The notes beneath the pieces are model-generated. The model was not told the origin of the DNA. It worked only from the letters and a program-made list of their open reading frames with translations, and searched no databases. Below, piece by piece: positions 31,300 to 40,735 of a DNA stretch of 64,000 bases; position 1 is the stretch's first letter; every line of letters begins with the position of its first letter. Position numbers and translations under genes: made by a program. This stretch comes from Chloroflexota bacterium (GTDB taxonomy: Bacteria > Chloroflexota > Anaerolineae > Aggregatilineales > Phototrophicaceae). The stretch covers positions 4,860-68,859 of the forward strand of contig JAPOYS010000030.1 in NCBI GenBank assembly GCA_026706455.1, given 5' to 3'.

Positions 31300-31479
31300 A
31301 TCATTTCGGCTCGCCCTTGAGATATGAAATCAGCACTGCGGTGAAGATCGGAAACAGAGGTATCAAGATTGAATACGTGAGCCAGCTTGTCAATTGGATT
31401 CACTCCGCTTTCCGTTTACAGCACATACAGACACTTATCAGAACATGGCGCAAAATTGACTGCTCAGTCAACTACGCTA

Positions 31480-32496
31480 TTACGGATCAGAACTGTCTGC
31501 ATTTGATACAGAAAGCAGAATCGACTCCAACTCTGCGTACGATTTGATCCGCACAATCCGATTGCGCAGGCGCCGCGAGCCCGGCTCATCCAGTTGATAT
31601 TTACTGATCTGTCCGCGCAGTTCGAGCACGGCGACCCGCTCCGACAGCCGCGTGGTTTCAAGCGTCAGCCGCGCGTGCCGCAGGGCGAGCAATGCGCGTT
31701 CGCTGCGTGAGGGCTCGGGCAGCGTGACGCCGGTTTCCAGATAATGGGCGATATGCCCGAAGAGCCAGGGCTTGCCGAGCGCGGCGCGTCCGATCATCAC
31801 GCCGTCGCAGCCCGTGTGATCGAGCATGCGGCGGGCATCGGCGCCGGTACGGACATCGCCATTGCCGAAGATGGGCATGTGGCGCACGGCGTCTTTCACG
31901 GCAGCTATCACATCCCAGTCGGCATCGCCGCCATGACCTTGCCCGGCGAAGCGCGCATGAACGGCGACGGCACGCGCGCCGACCTCTTCGGCCGCCATGG
32001 CGAAGGGCAGGGCCGTGACCACACCATCTTCAAAGCCGCTGCGCACCTTGACCGTCACCGGCGCGTCAACCGCCTTGACCACCGCCTCGACCACGGCCGT
32101 CGCCGCCCTAACATCGCGCAGCAATGCCGCCCCGCCGCCCTTCTTCGCGATCTTGGGCACCCAGCAGCCCATGTTGATATCGACGATGTCGGCGCCATGA
32201 TCGACCACGACGCGCGCCGCCTCGGCGACAATCTGCGGGTCGGCGCCGAAGAGCTGAACCGCGACCGGCCGCTCATGCGCCCGCCAGTCGAATCGTCCCA
32301 GCGCGCGCTCCCGTGAGTTCTTGACGATGTTGCTGCTGATAAGCTCGGTGCAGACGAGACCGCAGCCGCCGAGCTCGCGGCAGAGCCGGCGAAAGGCGTA
32401 ATTGCTGTGACCTGCCATTGGCGCCAGCAGCAGCGGCGTGGATAGGGTAATATCGCCGATTTGCACTGGCTTGAGCGCAGCCCGCGTTGCCAGCAT
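31480..32496 (-). CDS. dus: tRNA-dihydrouridine synthase
   Basis: LLLAPMAGHSNYAFR, DINMGC and the FMN-binding TIM-barrel pattern. Confidence 0.85.
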   Translation of the reverse strand: MLATRAALKPVQIGDITLSTPLLLAPMAGHSNYAFRRLCRELGGCGLVCTELISSNIVKNSRERALGRFDWRAHERPVAVQLFGADPQIVAEAARVVVDHGADIVDINMGCWVPKIAKKGGGAALLRDVRAATAVVEAVVKAVDAPVTVKVRSGFEDGVVTALPFAMAAEEVGARAVAVHARFAGQGHGGDADWDVIAAVKDAVRHMPIFGNGDVRTGADARRMLDHTGCDGVMIGRAALGKPWLFGHIAHYLETGVTLPEPSRSERALLALRHARLTLETTRLSERVAVLELRGQISKYQLDEPGSRRLRNRIVRIKSYAELESILLSVSNADSSDP

Positions 32497-32507
32497 GCGG
32501 CGCCTCG

Positions 32508-33539
32508 CTACAGGACTTCTTCCGCCAGGAAACGGAGCGCATCAAGCGAAAAGACCGTTACGTTGAGCGTCGAGATCGGCGCGTCGCGCCAGATTTGCAG
32601 GCGATCGCGAATGCGCGCCTTCGAGCCAACCAAGGCGACCGCATCCACCAGCGCATCGGGGACAGCCATGATCGCCTCGCCCTTGCGCCCCTCCAAATAG
32701 AACTCCTGAATCGCATCGGCTGCCTGCGCAAAGCCATAGTGGCAAGCCAGGTCGTAGTAGAAGTTCTTGCCTTTCGCGCCCATGCCGCCAATGTAAAGGG
32801 CGAGCATGGGCTTGATCTGATTATAGGCGGCCTCCAGTTCATCGTCGATCATCACGGTGACCGCTGCCGCGATATCGAAGTCTTTGGCGCTCTTGCCAGG
32901 TCCCGCTTTGGCGAAGCCGGCTTCGAGCGCCGCCTGGTATGAGTCCCGATAGTGAGCGGGCGCGAAGAGCATGGGCAGCCAGCCATCGGCGATTTCGGCG
33001 GCGAGCGCGACATTCTTGGGTCCTATCGCCGCCAGATAAATGGGCATGTCAGGGCGGCCGTGAAGGATGCTCTTCAAGGGTTTGCCCAAGCCGGTGGCGT
33101 CGGCGCCGCGGTAAGGAATCTGATGTTGCTCGCTATCGTGAACAAGCGGCGCTTCGCGCGCGAGGATTTTTCGGATGATGGCTATGTACTCGCGGGTCTT
33201 GGCCAGCGGCTTGCCGTAGGGACGCCCATGCCAGCCTTCGACCACTTGCGGTCCGGATAAGCCCAGCCCCAGCAGCGCCCGACCGCCCGATAGCTGATCC
33301 AGCGTGATGGCTGTCATCGCCGTCATCGCGGGCGTGCGCGCCGGCATCTGCATGATGCCAGTGCCCAGCTTGATGTTCTTCGTCAAGGCGCCGATCCAAG
33401 CCAGCGGCGTAACGGAATCCGAGCCGTAGGCTTCCGCGGTCCAGACGGCGTGATAACCAAGGCGATCGGCCTCCAGGATTAGATCCAACGGTAGCTCAAT
33501 GCGCGCGCCCGAATAGCCGATGTTCAGTCCAAGTCGCAC
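32508..33539 (-). CDS. luciferase-like monooxygenase family (LLM class, F420-dependent-type) oxidoreductase
   Basis: Has [11 protein letters not shown]...[15 protein letters not shown]...[16 protein letters not shown]. Confidence 0.8.
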   Translation of the reverse strand: MRLGLNIGYSGARIELPLDLILEADRLGYHAVWTAEAYGSDSVTPLAWIGALTKNIKLGTGIMQMPARTPAMTAMTAITLDQLSGGRALLGLGLSGPQVVEGWHGRPYGKPLAKTREYIAIIRKILAREAPLVHDSEQHQIPYRGADATGLGKPLKSILHGRPDMPIYLAAIGPKNVALAAEIADGWLPMLFAPAHYRDSYQAALEAGFAKAGPGKSAKDFDIAAAVTVMIDDELEAAYNQIKPMLALYIGGMGAKGKNFYYDLACHYGFAQAADAIQEFYLEGRKGEAIMAVPDALVDAVALVGSKARIRDRLQIWRDAPISTLNVTVFSLDALRFLAEEVL

Positions 33540-33615
33540 AGCGAACCTCCCGTGTCTAGTTTAATCGCGCGCTTTCATCGGCTTGGAGGCTCCTCGACGG
33601 CAGCGCTGCGCTAGG

Positions 33616-34191
33616 CTATTCGCGACTCCGGCGATCTCGAGCCCAAGCCCGCGTGCGCGTCAGCAGCCATCTCGCACCGATTATCATGGTCGCGGCGATG
33701 CAATTGAAGGCGACATCGACGAGTTCAAAGACGCGGTTGGGCAGGAAGTACTGAACCGCTTCGTCTATGAAGCCCAGAAGAATTGATGCGACCAAGGCGA
33801 GAAGCGCGGGCGCGGGAACGCGGCGCCCGTTATCGCGCCGTTCCAGCAGCGCTTCGTGAATCAGCGCGGCCACCAAAGCGTATTCGAATAAGTGCGTGCG
33901 CTCTTCCCATGAGCCCAGCCGCAGCCAAGCCAGCAGATACACGGTGAGGATGCCAGCGCCGACCGCGATCTCGACGCGCGCGAGACGCTTGTCGATGAAG
34001 AAGACCGGGATCACGACCAACAGCGCGATGATGGCGAAGACCAGGTTCGTCCCGGCGTTCGCCAGAATATCGGCGCCGAGCGCAGCGACAATCGCTGGCG
34101 CTTGCCCCAGCGTGGCGTAAATCGCGACCAAGACGATGCCCAGCGCGATCCAGAGCCGCCGCTCCCGTTTTGAACTGAACACAGACAGCAC
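33616..34191 (-). CDS. VanZ-like membrane protein
   Basis: The C-terminal FIDEAVQYFLPNRVFELVDVAFNCIAA motif is VanZ-like. A GTG start at 34191 is proposed; the ORF is open to 34329. Confidence 0.5.
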   Translation of the reverse strand: MLSVFSSKRERRLWIALGIVLVAIYATLGQAPAIVAALGADILANAGTNLVFAIIALLVVIPVFFIDKRLARVEIAVGAGILTVYLLAWLRLGSWEERTHLFEYALVAALIHEALLERRDNGRRVPAPALLALVASILLGFIDEAVQYFLPNRVFELVDVAFNCIAATMIIGARWLLTRTRAWARDRRSRE

Positions 34192-34369
34192 TTTTCCTGC
34201 TAAACCAGGTGCGAGCAGGACGTATTCTTGTCGCCGAGCCGCCGTCTGGCAAGTGGCCTTACTTGGCGAACTCCTGGCTCCTTTAGCGTCAATCTGTTGA
34301 CTGCAAGATAGAGATGTGATATGGTACAAGCGTAAATCGACAATTATCCCGCCGCCAAGAGGTCTGACA

Positions 34370-34612
34370 ATGCTAAATGACGCGCGCTTTCAGAGAATGG
34401 AAGATGAATATCAAGCTCTGCGCAATGTGCAGGATAAAATCATGGACGGATTGGATCAAGTCTTGCCGACGATGGTTGCTGCAATTGATCAGAATCGCGA
34501 AGCAATCGAGCAAAACAGGGTCGCCATTGCGGTGGCTAACAGCAAGCTTGACGCGCTGATTGAACACTTTGAAGTAGACTATAAGCCGCCGATGGGTTTC
34601 GTCAAGGATTAG
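34370..34612 (+). CDS. hypothetical small coiled-coil protein
   Basis: ATG 34370 is preceded by AAGAGG. The 80-aa protein is helical and followed by a hairpin plus T-run. Confidence 0.35.
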   Translation: MLNDARFQRMEDEYQALRNVQDKIMDGLDQVLPTMVAAIDQNREAIEQNRVAIAVANSKLDALIEHFEVDYKPPMGFVKD

Positions 34613-34657
34613 CGGACTTAGAATCCGGCCGTTAGTTCAGATTGCTTCGTTACTTTG

Positions 34658-34687
34658 CGAGTCGGTACATTGTATCGGCTCTTTTTT
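34658..34687 (+). terminator. intrinsic terminator-like hairpin with T6 tail
   Basis: GAGTCGGTA-CATTG-TATCGGCTC (imperfect stem) followed by TTTTTT. Confidence 0.45.
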
Positions 34688-34813
34688 GCGCTAGATCGAT
34701 ACCCAGCGACAAGTTTGCTCCTGCGCCATGCGCCTACTTAGCTTTGACTTATCCCGGCGCAAGGGCTAATATCCGCTTCTAACTGGCATGCCCGACGGAC
34801 AAGAGACGAAAGC

Positions 34814-35623
34814 ATGAATGGACAAGAACTGATACATGCGCTGCGCGCGGGGGAGCGCGTCTACGGCACGGCGATCTATTCGCCTTCGCCGATCTGGCCG
34901 CGCGTCGTAACCAACCTCGATCTCGACATGGTCTTCATTGACACCGAGCATACGCCGCAGGACCGCAATACGATCTCCTGGATGTGCAACGCCTTCGCCG
35001 CGCTCAACCTGGCGCCGGTGGTGCGCATCCCGGAACCGGATCCCTACTTGGTGCAGATGACGGTCGATGGCGGCGCGCACGGCATCATCGCGCCCTACGT
35101 TGAATATCCGGAGCAGGTCCAGGAACTCGCCGGCGCCGTCAAGCTTGGTCCGCTCAAGGGCGACAAACTAAACGCGGCGCTCGCTGGCGAGACCGAGCTG
35201 GAGCCGGAGCTGGCCGACTATTTGGCGGCGCGCAATGCCAACAAGGCGCTTTTCATCAACATCGAAAGCGCGCCGGCGCTGGAGCGGCTGGATGAGATTC
35301 TGCGCTCGCCCTATATCGACTGCGTGCTAGTGGGTCCGCACGACCTGTCTTGCAGCCTGGGCTTGCCGGAACAGTACGACCATCCGGTGTTTGACGAAGC
35401 GATCCGCACGATCATCCGCAAATCGCGGGCGGCAGGCGTCGGCATCGGCATCCATCACAACTTCACGCATCACGAGATCGAGTGGGTGAAGGCGGGCGCT
35501 AATCTGGTGATGCACAGTTCCGATATTTCCGCCTTCAATCGCGCGCTGACCGCCGAATTCAAGCTCATCCGCGAAGAGACGGACGACGCGGGCCAGATCG
35601 TTGACGAGAACGTCCACTTTTAA
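34814..35623 (+). CDS. HpcH/HpaI family aldolase
   Basis: Has VFIDTEHTPQD...RIPE...ESAPALE...VGPHDLS. Confidence 0.8.
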   Translation: MNGQELIHALRAGERVYGTAIYSPSPIWPRVVTNLDLDMVFIDTEHTPQDRNTISWMCNAFAALNLAPVVRIPEPDPYLVQMTVDGGAHGIIAPYVEYPEQVQELAGAVKLGPLKGDKLNAALAGETELEPELADYLAARNANKALFINIESAPALERLDEILRSPYIDCVLVGPHDLSCSLGLPEQYDHPVFDEAIRTIIRKSRAAGVGIGIHHNFTHHEIEWVKAGANLVMHSSDISAFNRALTAEFKLIREETDDAGQIVDENVHF

Positions 35624-35639
35624 GTTGCTAATGCTGCGC

Positions 35640-35668
35640 GTAGGGACGGCACTTGTGTCGCCCCTACA
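35640..35668. repeat. REP-like GC hairpin (degenerate)
   Basis: GTAGGGACGGCACTTGTGTCGCCCCTACA. Confidence 0.45.
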
Positions 35669-35700
35669 TCTTTCTTCTTGGTTGAGAGGAAGCGGACCCT

Positions 35701-36705
35701 ATGTTCAAGATATGGTTTGAATCCACGGTGCCCGACGAATACCGCTCTATGTTTGCGGATGTGGCTGAGGGCATTTGCCCGGGCGAGCGACTCGACTCCG
35801 ACCCCTATCACCGCTTGGACGAGGCGCATAGCGTCATCGCGGGCGGGCGCGCTTTCGACGGCGCCGCCATGGACCGGGCGCCCAATCTGCTGATCATCGC
35901 CCGCACCGGCGTCGGCTACGACACGCTTGATGTGGACGCGGCCAGCGCCCGCGGCATCGCCTGCGTCAACGCGCCGGACGCGCCGACCGTATCGACGGCG
36001 GAACTGGCGGTCACGCTAATGATGACGGTGGCCCGCGCCGTTAAGCGCATCGAAAACGAGCTGAATCGCATGTTGGAGGCCGGCGAGCGGCGAAACCTCG
36101 CGCGCGAGTATGTGGCGCTGGAGATGCAGCGCACGCAGCTCGGAATCATCGGTTTGGGGCGGATCGGCGGGCACGTCAGCGGCATCGCCAAAGCCATCGG
36201 CATGAAGGTGGTCGCCTACGATCCCTATATTGACGCCGAGCGATTCGCCATGCTGGGCGTGGAAAAGGCGAGTTCACTAGAGCAACTGCTGGCGGGCTCG
36301 GACTTCGTTTCCCTGCACTTGCCGCTCAATGACGAAACCTACAAGCTGATGAACGCCGAGCGTTTCGCCCAGATGAAGGCGGGCGCCGTCTTCATCAATG
36401 TAGCGCGCGGCGGCCACGTTGATGAAGCGGCGCTGACGGCCGCCCTGGACAGCGGGCATCTCTTTGGCGCCGGCTTGGATGTGACGGATCCGGAACCGCC
36501 GCTGGCGGGCAATCCGCTATTGGGGCGCGACAATGTCGTGATTACGCCGCATATCGCCAGCTCGACCGTGGCGGGCCGGCCGCGCCTCACCATCCACGCC
36601 CTGGAGCAGGTGGTGCAGGCGCTGCGTGGCGAGCGGCCGCCGCATCTGCTGAATCCCGAGGTCTGGGACAGGACACGCGCGCGTTGGGAGGCTTTGCAGG
36701 GGTGA
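35701..36705 (+). CDS. D-isomer-specific 2-hydroxyacid dehydrogenase (PGDH-like)
   Basis: GLGRIGGHV NAD site and the NVARGG...D...TPHIAS catalytic R/E/H pattern. Confidence 0.85.
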   Translation: MFKIWFESTVPDEYRSMFADVAEGICPGERLDSDPYHRLDEAHSVIAGGRAFDGAAMDRAPNLLIIARTGVGYDTLDVDAASARGIACVNAPDAPTVSTAELAVTLMMTVARAVKRIENELNRMLEAGERRNLAREYVALEMQRTQLGIIGLGRIGGHVSGIAKAIGMKVVAYDPYIDAERFAMLGVEKASSLEQLLAGSDFVSLHLPLNDETYKLMNAERFAQMKAGAVFINVARGGHVDEAALTAALDSGHLFGAGLDVTDPEPPLAGNPLLGRDNVVITPHIASSTVAGRPRLTIHALEQVVQALRGERPPHLLNPEVWDRTRARWEALQG

Positions 36706-36711
36706 TCGCTG

Positions 36712-37101
36712 ATGCCCGCCTTTGAATCCAACAGCGTCAAAGCAGCCTACGACCTGTTGGCGCCGGACGGCTCGGAGATACGCCTGCTGCACAGCCTGGC
36801 GGGCGCGAGCGTCGTACATTGCAGCTTGCCAGTCGGCGGCGTGTCGATCCCGGTGACTCACCGCACGGTTGAAGAAGTCTGGTTTTTTCTGCGCGGCGAC
36901 GGGCAGGTCTGGCGCAAACAGGGCGAGCGTGAGCAGGTTCTTGATGTAAAACCAGGTGTCAGTTTGACGATCCCGCTGGGCGCGCGCTTTCAATTCCGCA
37001 ACGTGGGCGATGTCCCGCTTGAATTCATCATCGCGACGACCCCGCCCTGGCCCGGTGAGGATGAGGCGGTGGTCTTGGACGCGGGGCGCTGGGAGTGGTA
37101 A
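36712..37101 (+). CDS. cupin domain protein
   Basis: The 129-aa protein has H...EEVWFFLRG and PLGARFQFRN beta-barrel motifs. Confidence 0.6.
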   Translation: MPAFESNSVKAAYDLLAPDGSEIRLLHSLAGASVVHCSLPVGGVSIPVTHRTVEEVWFFLRGDGQVWRKQGEREQVLDVKPGVSLTIPLGARFQFRNVGDVPLEFIIATTPPWPGEDEAVVLDAGRWEW

Positions 37102-37165
37102 ACGCTGCCGAATAAGCGGGAAACGCGAGCCGCAAGCCCGCGCTTCCCACAGCTGAACGGGGGAT

Positions 37166-37960
37166 TCAGCCGGTCGATTCTTCTTGGCTTTCGCCAGGCG
37201 CTTGCTGGCTCGTATCTTCAGGCGCGGCTTCGCTGCTGTCATAGCTGCCCCAGAAGCTGAAGAAGGCGCCATGACGCGGGCGCCATTTCCGCCAGCGCCG
37301 CGAGCTGTCGCTGAAGTCGGCTTCGAATGCTTCGATTACCGCTTCCTCGTAGCTCTCGATGCGGGCGTCTGCCGCTGCATTGATGCCGTCCGTCGCCTGC
37401 TCCACCAGCGCAGACACAGTCGCCGCCCTATCGCCGTCGTTGGCTTCGATCAGGTCGGAAACCGTCGCCCCACGCAGCAGCGCCGTTTTCAGCTGGCTTA
37501 AACTCAAGCCCGTCGCTTCTACAATGGTTTGGTCCATGCCCCAGGCGCCAAAGCGCTCGCGCACGGGATTGCGCCGCCGCCACCAGGGGAATCGCCGCCG
37601 GTGGCTTTCGTCCAGCGCCTCGTTGAAGCCCGCTTCCAGGCTATCAATGGCAGCCGCAGCCTGCGCCTGGATCGCGTCAGCCGCTTGCGCGACCAGTGCG
37701 GCGACAACGCTCTCGACATCGCCGTCCTTGGCTTCAATCAGTTCGCTGATGCTGCTGCCTTCTTGCAGCGCCGCGCGCAAGTCCTGGCCTTCCAAGCCGG
37801 TCGCTTCCTGGACGATGGGGTCGGCCAGCAAGACGCTGGGCCCGCTGTGCCAATAACCGGCGACGGCGTACGCTTTCGGGCTGGGGTCGTCACCAGCGTT
37901 GACGCCAGCCGTCAGCAGCGCAAGCAGCATGAAGAGTAGTGTGAATCGTTTGAGCCTCAT
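37166..37960 (-). CDS. secreted protein with two ~95-aa tandem repeats, each ending in an Arg/Trp-rich segment
   Basis: Signal peptide MRLKRFTLLFMLLALLTAGVNA. The repeats are IVQEATGLEGQDL...HRRRFPWWRRRNPVRERFGAWG and IVEATGLSLSQL...SRRWRKWRPRHGAFFSFWG. Confidence 0.55.
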   Translation of the reverse strand: MRLKRFTLLFMLLALLTAGVNAGDDPSPKAYAVAGYWHSGPSVLLADPIVQEATGLEGQDLRAALQEGSSISELIEAKDGDVESVVAALVAQAADAIQAQAAAAIDSLEAGFNEALDESHRRRFPWWRRRNPVRERFGAWGMDQTIVEATGLSLSQLKTALLRGATVSDLIEANDGDRAATVSALVEQATDGINAAADARIESYEEAVIEAFEADFSDSSRRWRKWRPRHGAFFSFWGSYDSSEAAPEDTSQQAPGESQEESTG

Positions 37961-38258
37961 TTTGACAGTTCTCCTTTCCGCTTTGCTCAGAAGTCGATGG
38001 CTTTCGCATTCGACTTAGCCGCAGTATAAGCGAGCCGCGCGCCGAATGTTTCAGCAGCCTGTAAACTGTCTGCAAAAGAAGTGTAAACTTGCCGGTTGCG
38101 CCGCCATGCGCCGGAGGAGGCCTGTGGCGAAGCAAAGACTGCAGTCATGACCGCGGCGCAACGTATTCTCGACGCCCGATGTTTTTGGCAAAATGATGAC
38201 TGCGCCGCAGCGCGCCAATCCAGTTCCAGCGCGCTAATCAATTGAGGCGAGACTCGCT

Positions 38259-39503
38259 TTGGATAATTCGCAGTTAGTTGTTTCAGCCGCAGCGGTCAAC
38301 CGCATCCTTGTCTTGCTGCTGGCCGCGCCAATTTGCGCGTTCGCGTTCTGGCGCATGATCCCCCGACTGTCGCCCGCCTTTGGCGTCTTGGCCAGCGCCG
38401 CGTTACTGGTGCAGGCGCTGTCGCTGGGCATTGCGCTCGGGCTGCTGCCTATCCATAGCGACCTCTATTGGCTCTGGGATCCGAACCGGGAATACAATAT
38501 CCCCAGTACGCTCGCGTCGACGCAATTGGCCTTGGTCGCAATCTTGGCGCTGGGGACAGCCTGGCTCCAGCGGAGGCGCTTCCGCGGTCAGAGCCTCTAT
38601 TTGGCAGCCGTCGGCGGCGTAATCCTCTTCCTGGCTCTCGATGAATATTTTGTCTTGCACGAACAATTTCAGCATTGGAAGCGATACTATGCCGCACTGG
38701 GCGCGCTGCTGGTAAGTGGCGCGCTGCGGGTGGCGCTGCGCAGGCCGCGGTCAAGTATGATGTGGTATCTCTGCTTTCCGGTCGGTCTTGTGATCGCCGG
38801 TTCGGGCGCCGTCTTCATCGAGCTCATTCCTGAGAGCTGTGGCGATTTAGGCTTGTTGCGCCTGGACGGCTGTCTCAATTTCGCGCTTTTGGAGGAAGCC
38901 AGCGAGCTCTTAGGCATTTGGCTGGCAATGCTGGGCATGCTGGGCATGTTTGCGGATGCGATGCCGACGCCGAATGCGCGCCTTCGCCACGTCATGACCG
39001 TGACGCCCGCTATCTGGCTTCTCATGCTATTTGTCAACTCGCGCATTCCCAGCCTCGAACTCCAACTCCTGGCTCAGCCGGCATCGGTGGAGTTCGAGCT
39101 GGCAGTACGTCTGCGCGGTTATCGCATCGACCGGCGCGCGGACGAGGCTGTCCACGTTCGACTGTTCACGGCGTCCAAGCGAGGGCGCTATGCGGGACTT
39201 GAGGTTGAGCTCAGCCTGGTCGCGCAGGACAGCGGCGAGACAGTCGCGAGCCAGCGGGCGCCAGCGGTGGCCCACAGCCGTTACTGGATGCTGCGCCCAG
39301 GCGCCTCGCTGATCTACCCGCAGTCGCTGACCGTCAATATCCCTTCTCAGACGGGCGCAGACGGCGCGCATTGGATCGTGCTGGCTCTGTTTAGAGACGA
39401 GGGCGATGAACTCTTGCCGCAGCGAGCGCTTGCGAGCGATCTGCAATTGCTGGATGACGAGCGCGTAATCCTTGGCGAGATCGGCGGCAGCGCCGAGCCC
39501 TAG
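38259..39503 (+). CDS. hypothetical polytopic membrane protein with C-terminal soluble domain
   Basis: It has 7-8 hydrophobic segments in the first ~260 aa. The stop TAG 39501-39503 lies in the first bases of direct-repeat copy 1. Confidence 0.5.
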   Translation: MDNSQLVVSAAAVNRILVLLLAAPICAFAFWRMIPRLSPAFGVLASAALLVQALSLGIALGLLPIHSDLYWLWDPNREYNIPSTLASTQLALVAILALGTAWLQRRRFRGQSLYLAAVGGVILFLALDEYFVLHEQFQHWKRYYAALGALLVSGALRVALRRPRSSMMWYLCFPVGLVIAGSGAVFIELIPESCGDLGLLRLDGCLNFALLEEASELLGIWLAMLGMLGMFADAMPTPNARLRHVMTVTPAIWLLMLFVNSRIPSLELQLLAQPASVEFELAVRLRGYRIDRRADEAVHVRLFTASKRGRYAGLEVELSLVAQDSGETVASQRAPAVAHSRYWMLRPGASLIYPQSLTVNIPSQTGADGAHWIVLALFRDEGDELLPQRALASDLQLLDDERVILGEIGGSAEP

Positions 39504-39553
39504 CCCCGCCCCTCGCCGACCACATCAATGAACGTGATCATCGCCTGGATTCC
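39501..39553. repeat. 53-bp direct repeat copy 1 (displaced 3' fragment of the M20 peptidase gene)
   Basis: Identical to 40737-40789, with weaker similarity for about 10 more nt. The minus strand would encode ...GIQAMITFIDVVGEGRG-stop. Confidence 0.85.
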
Positions 39554-39897
39554 CTTGTGGAAGATTTGCAAGAGGCCGAGACAGTTATGCCGGGCACGGC
39601 ACAGAATCGCAAATTACTGCTTGCTTGAGTACAGAAGCCTTAAGCTTGCGCGCCTCGATTAGTATGCCGTCGAGGTGGCGTATTTCGCTCGGTATCAACT
39701 GATCCAGAGGAAGGTTTCGGACGCGGCTTTGGTTTTTCGGGCCGCTTGCTTCCATCGCCTTATTTAGGCGAACTATTCGATGGAGCAGGAGGCTCGTTTT
39801 CGCTCGGTGACTGATCAGAGTTGTTCATGCAAGCGCTCGCGTACTGCGGGATTGACTGACATCGGATTAAGCGTGATACAATTACGTGGATATCGAC

Positions 39898-40089
39898 TTA
39901 TTCTCGCAAAGCCATCTTAATTGTTTGCCACAGCGATGCGCCTGATTCGCCTTCTGTTATTTCTCCAAAAGAAGGTTCGGGTCGAGGTCTGGATGACTCA
40001 GGGAGCGGACCCCCGTTTACAGCGTCTGTACCACTGGAGACCGTGCTCTGGGCTTGTCCATCATCTTGCTGTTTGTTCTTGTCGTCCAT
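39898..40089 (-). CDS. hypothetical 63-aa acidic, Pro/Ser-rich protein (island cargo)
   Basis: An ORF in the AT-richer insert, divergent from the 3-TM gene. No recognisable motif. Confidence 0.2.
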   Translation of the reverse strand: MDDKNKQQDDGQAQSTVSSGTDAVNGGPLPESSRPRPEPSFGEITEGESGASLWQTIKMALRE

Positions 40090-40109
40090 AGTTGCCTCCG
40101 AGGAGCGTT

Positions 40110-40658
40110 ATGACGGATGAAACCACTGTAATGCACAATGGAGAGAATGTAACGCAACTGCTACAAGCACACGTTCAATCGCAGAAGGATGCCATCAGGA
40201 CCTTGGAATCCAAAGCGATGCATAACCTCACAATTGTAAACATTATAGCAGGAATCGTCGCCGCGCTCAACCTGCCCTTTAGCGCGGGAGAGGCTCGCTT
40301 GCAACAGCGTTTCGGAAATCAGCCCCTCGCCTATCTTTTCGCAACTACTATTAGCATTCTGCTTGTTAGCCTCTGCGCCCTAGTAGCCATTCTATCGATT
40401 CGCACACTCTGGGTACGAAGACTGCGGACACACCCGATGCAACCATCTGAACAGAACGTAAAAGACTGGTCTGCTTGTGATCCCGAGTATTTCTCTGAGA
40501 TTATGCAGAAGTCCTATCTGCAGATTTACGAAAACAACGCGTGTATAGTAGATGACAAGGGGAGTATGGTAACGTGGTCGCACAAGGTAATTGCGGCGAT
40601 AATCATCCTTATTCTAATTGGTAGCGTTCTACTTGGCGTAGAGCAATTCCTACCCTAA
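40110..40658 (+). CDS. hypothetical 182-aa three-TM membrane protein (island cargo)
   Basis: ATG 40110 lies 5 nt after GAGGAG. It has an N-terminal helix, two adjacent TM helices, a ~55-aa soluble loop and a C-terminal TM helix. Confidence 0.4.
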   Translation: MTDETTVMHNGENVTQLLQAHVQSQKDAIRTLESKAMHNLTIVNIIAGIVAALNLPFSAGEARLQQRFGNQPLAYLFATTISILLVSLCALVAILSIRTLWVRRLRTHPMQPSEQNVKDWSACDPEYFSEIMQKSYLQIYENNACIVDDKGSMVTWSHKVIAAIIILILIGSVLLGVEQFLP

Positions 40659-40735
40659 TGATTAATGAGATAGGACTTCCTTGAACCGCTACGGTCAACA
40701 TTTGCGCATCTGGTTGTTGGCTGGATTTGGGCCAC

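Noticed and set aside
33616-34329. The full 237-aa version of the VanZ-like ORF.
   Set aside because: The first ~46 residues are polar or low-complexity and overlap the divergent small gene's upstream region. A GTG at 34191 directly precedes the first TM helix. The start remains uncertain.
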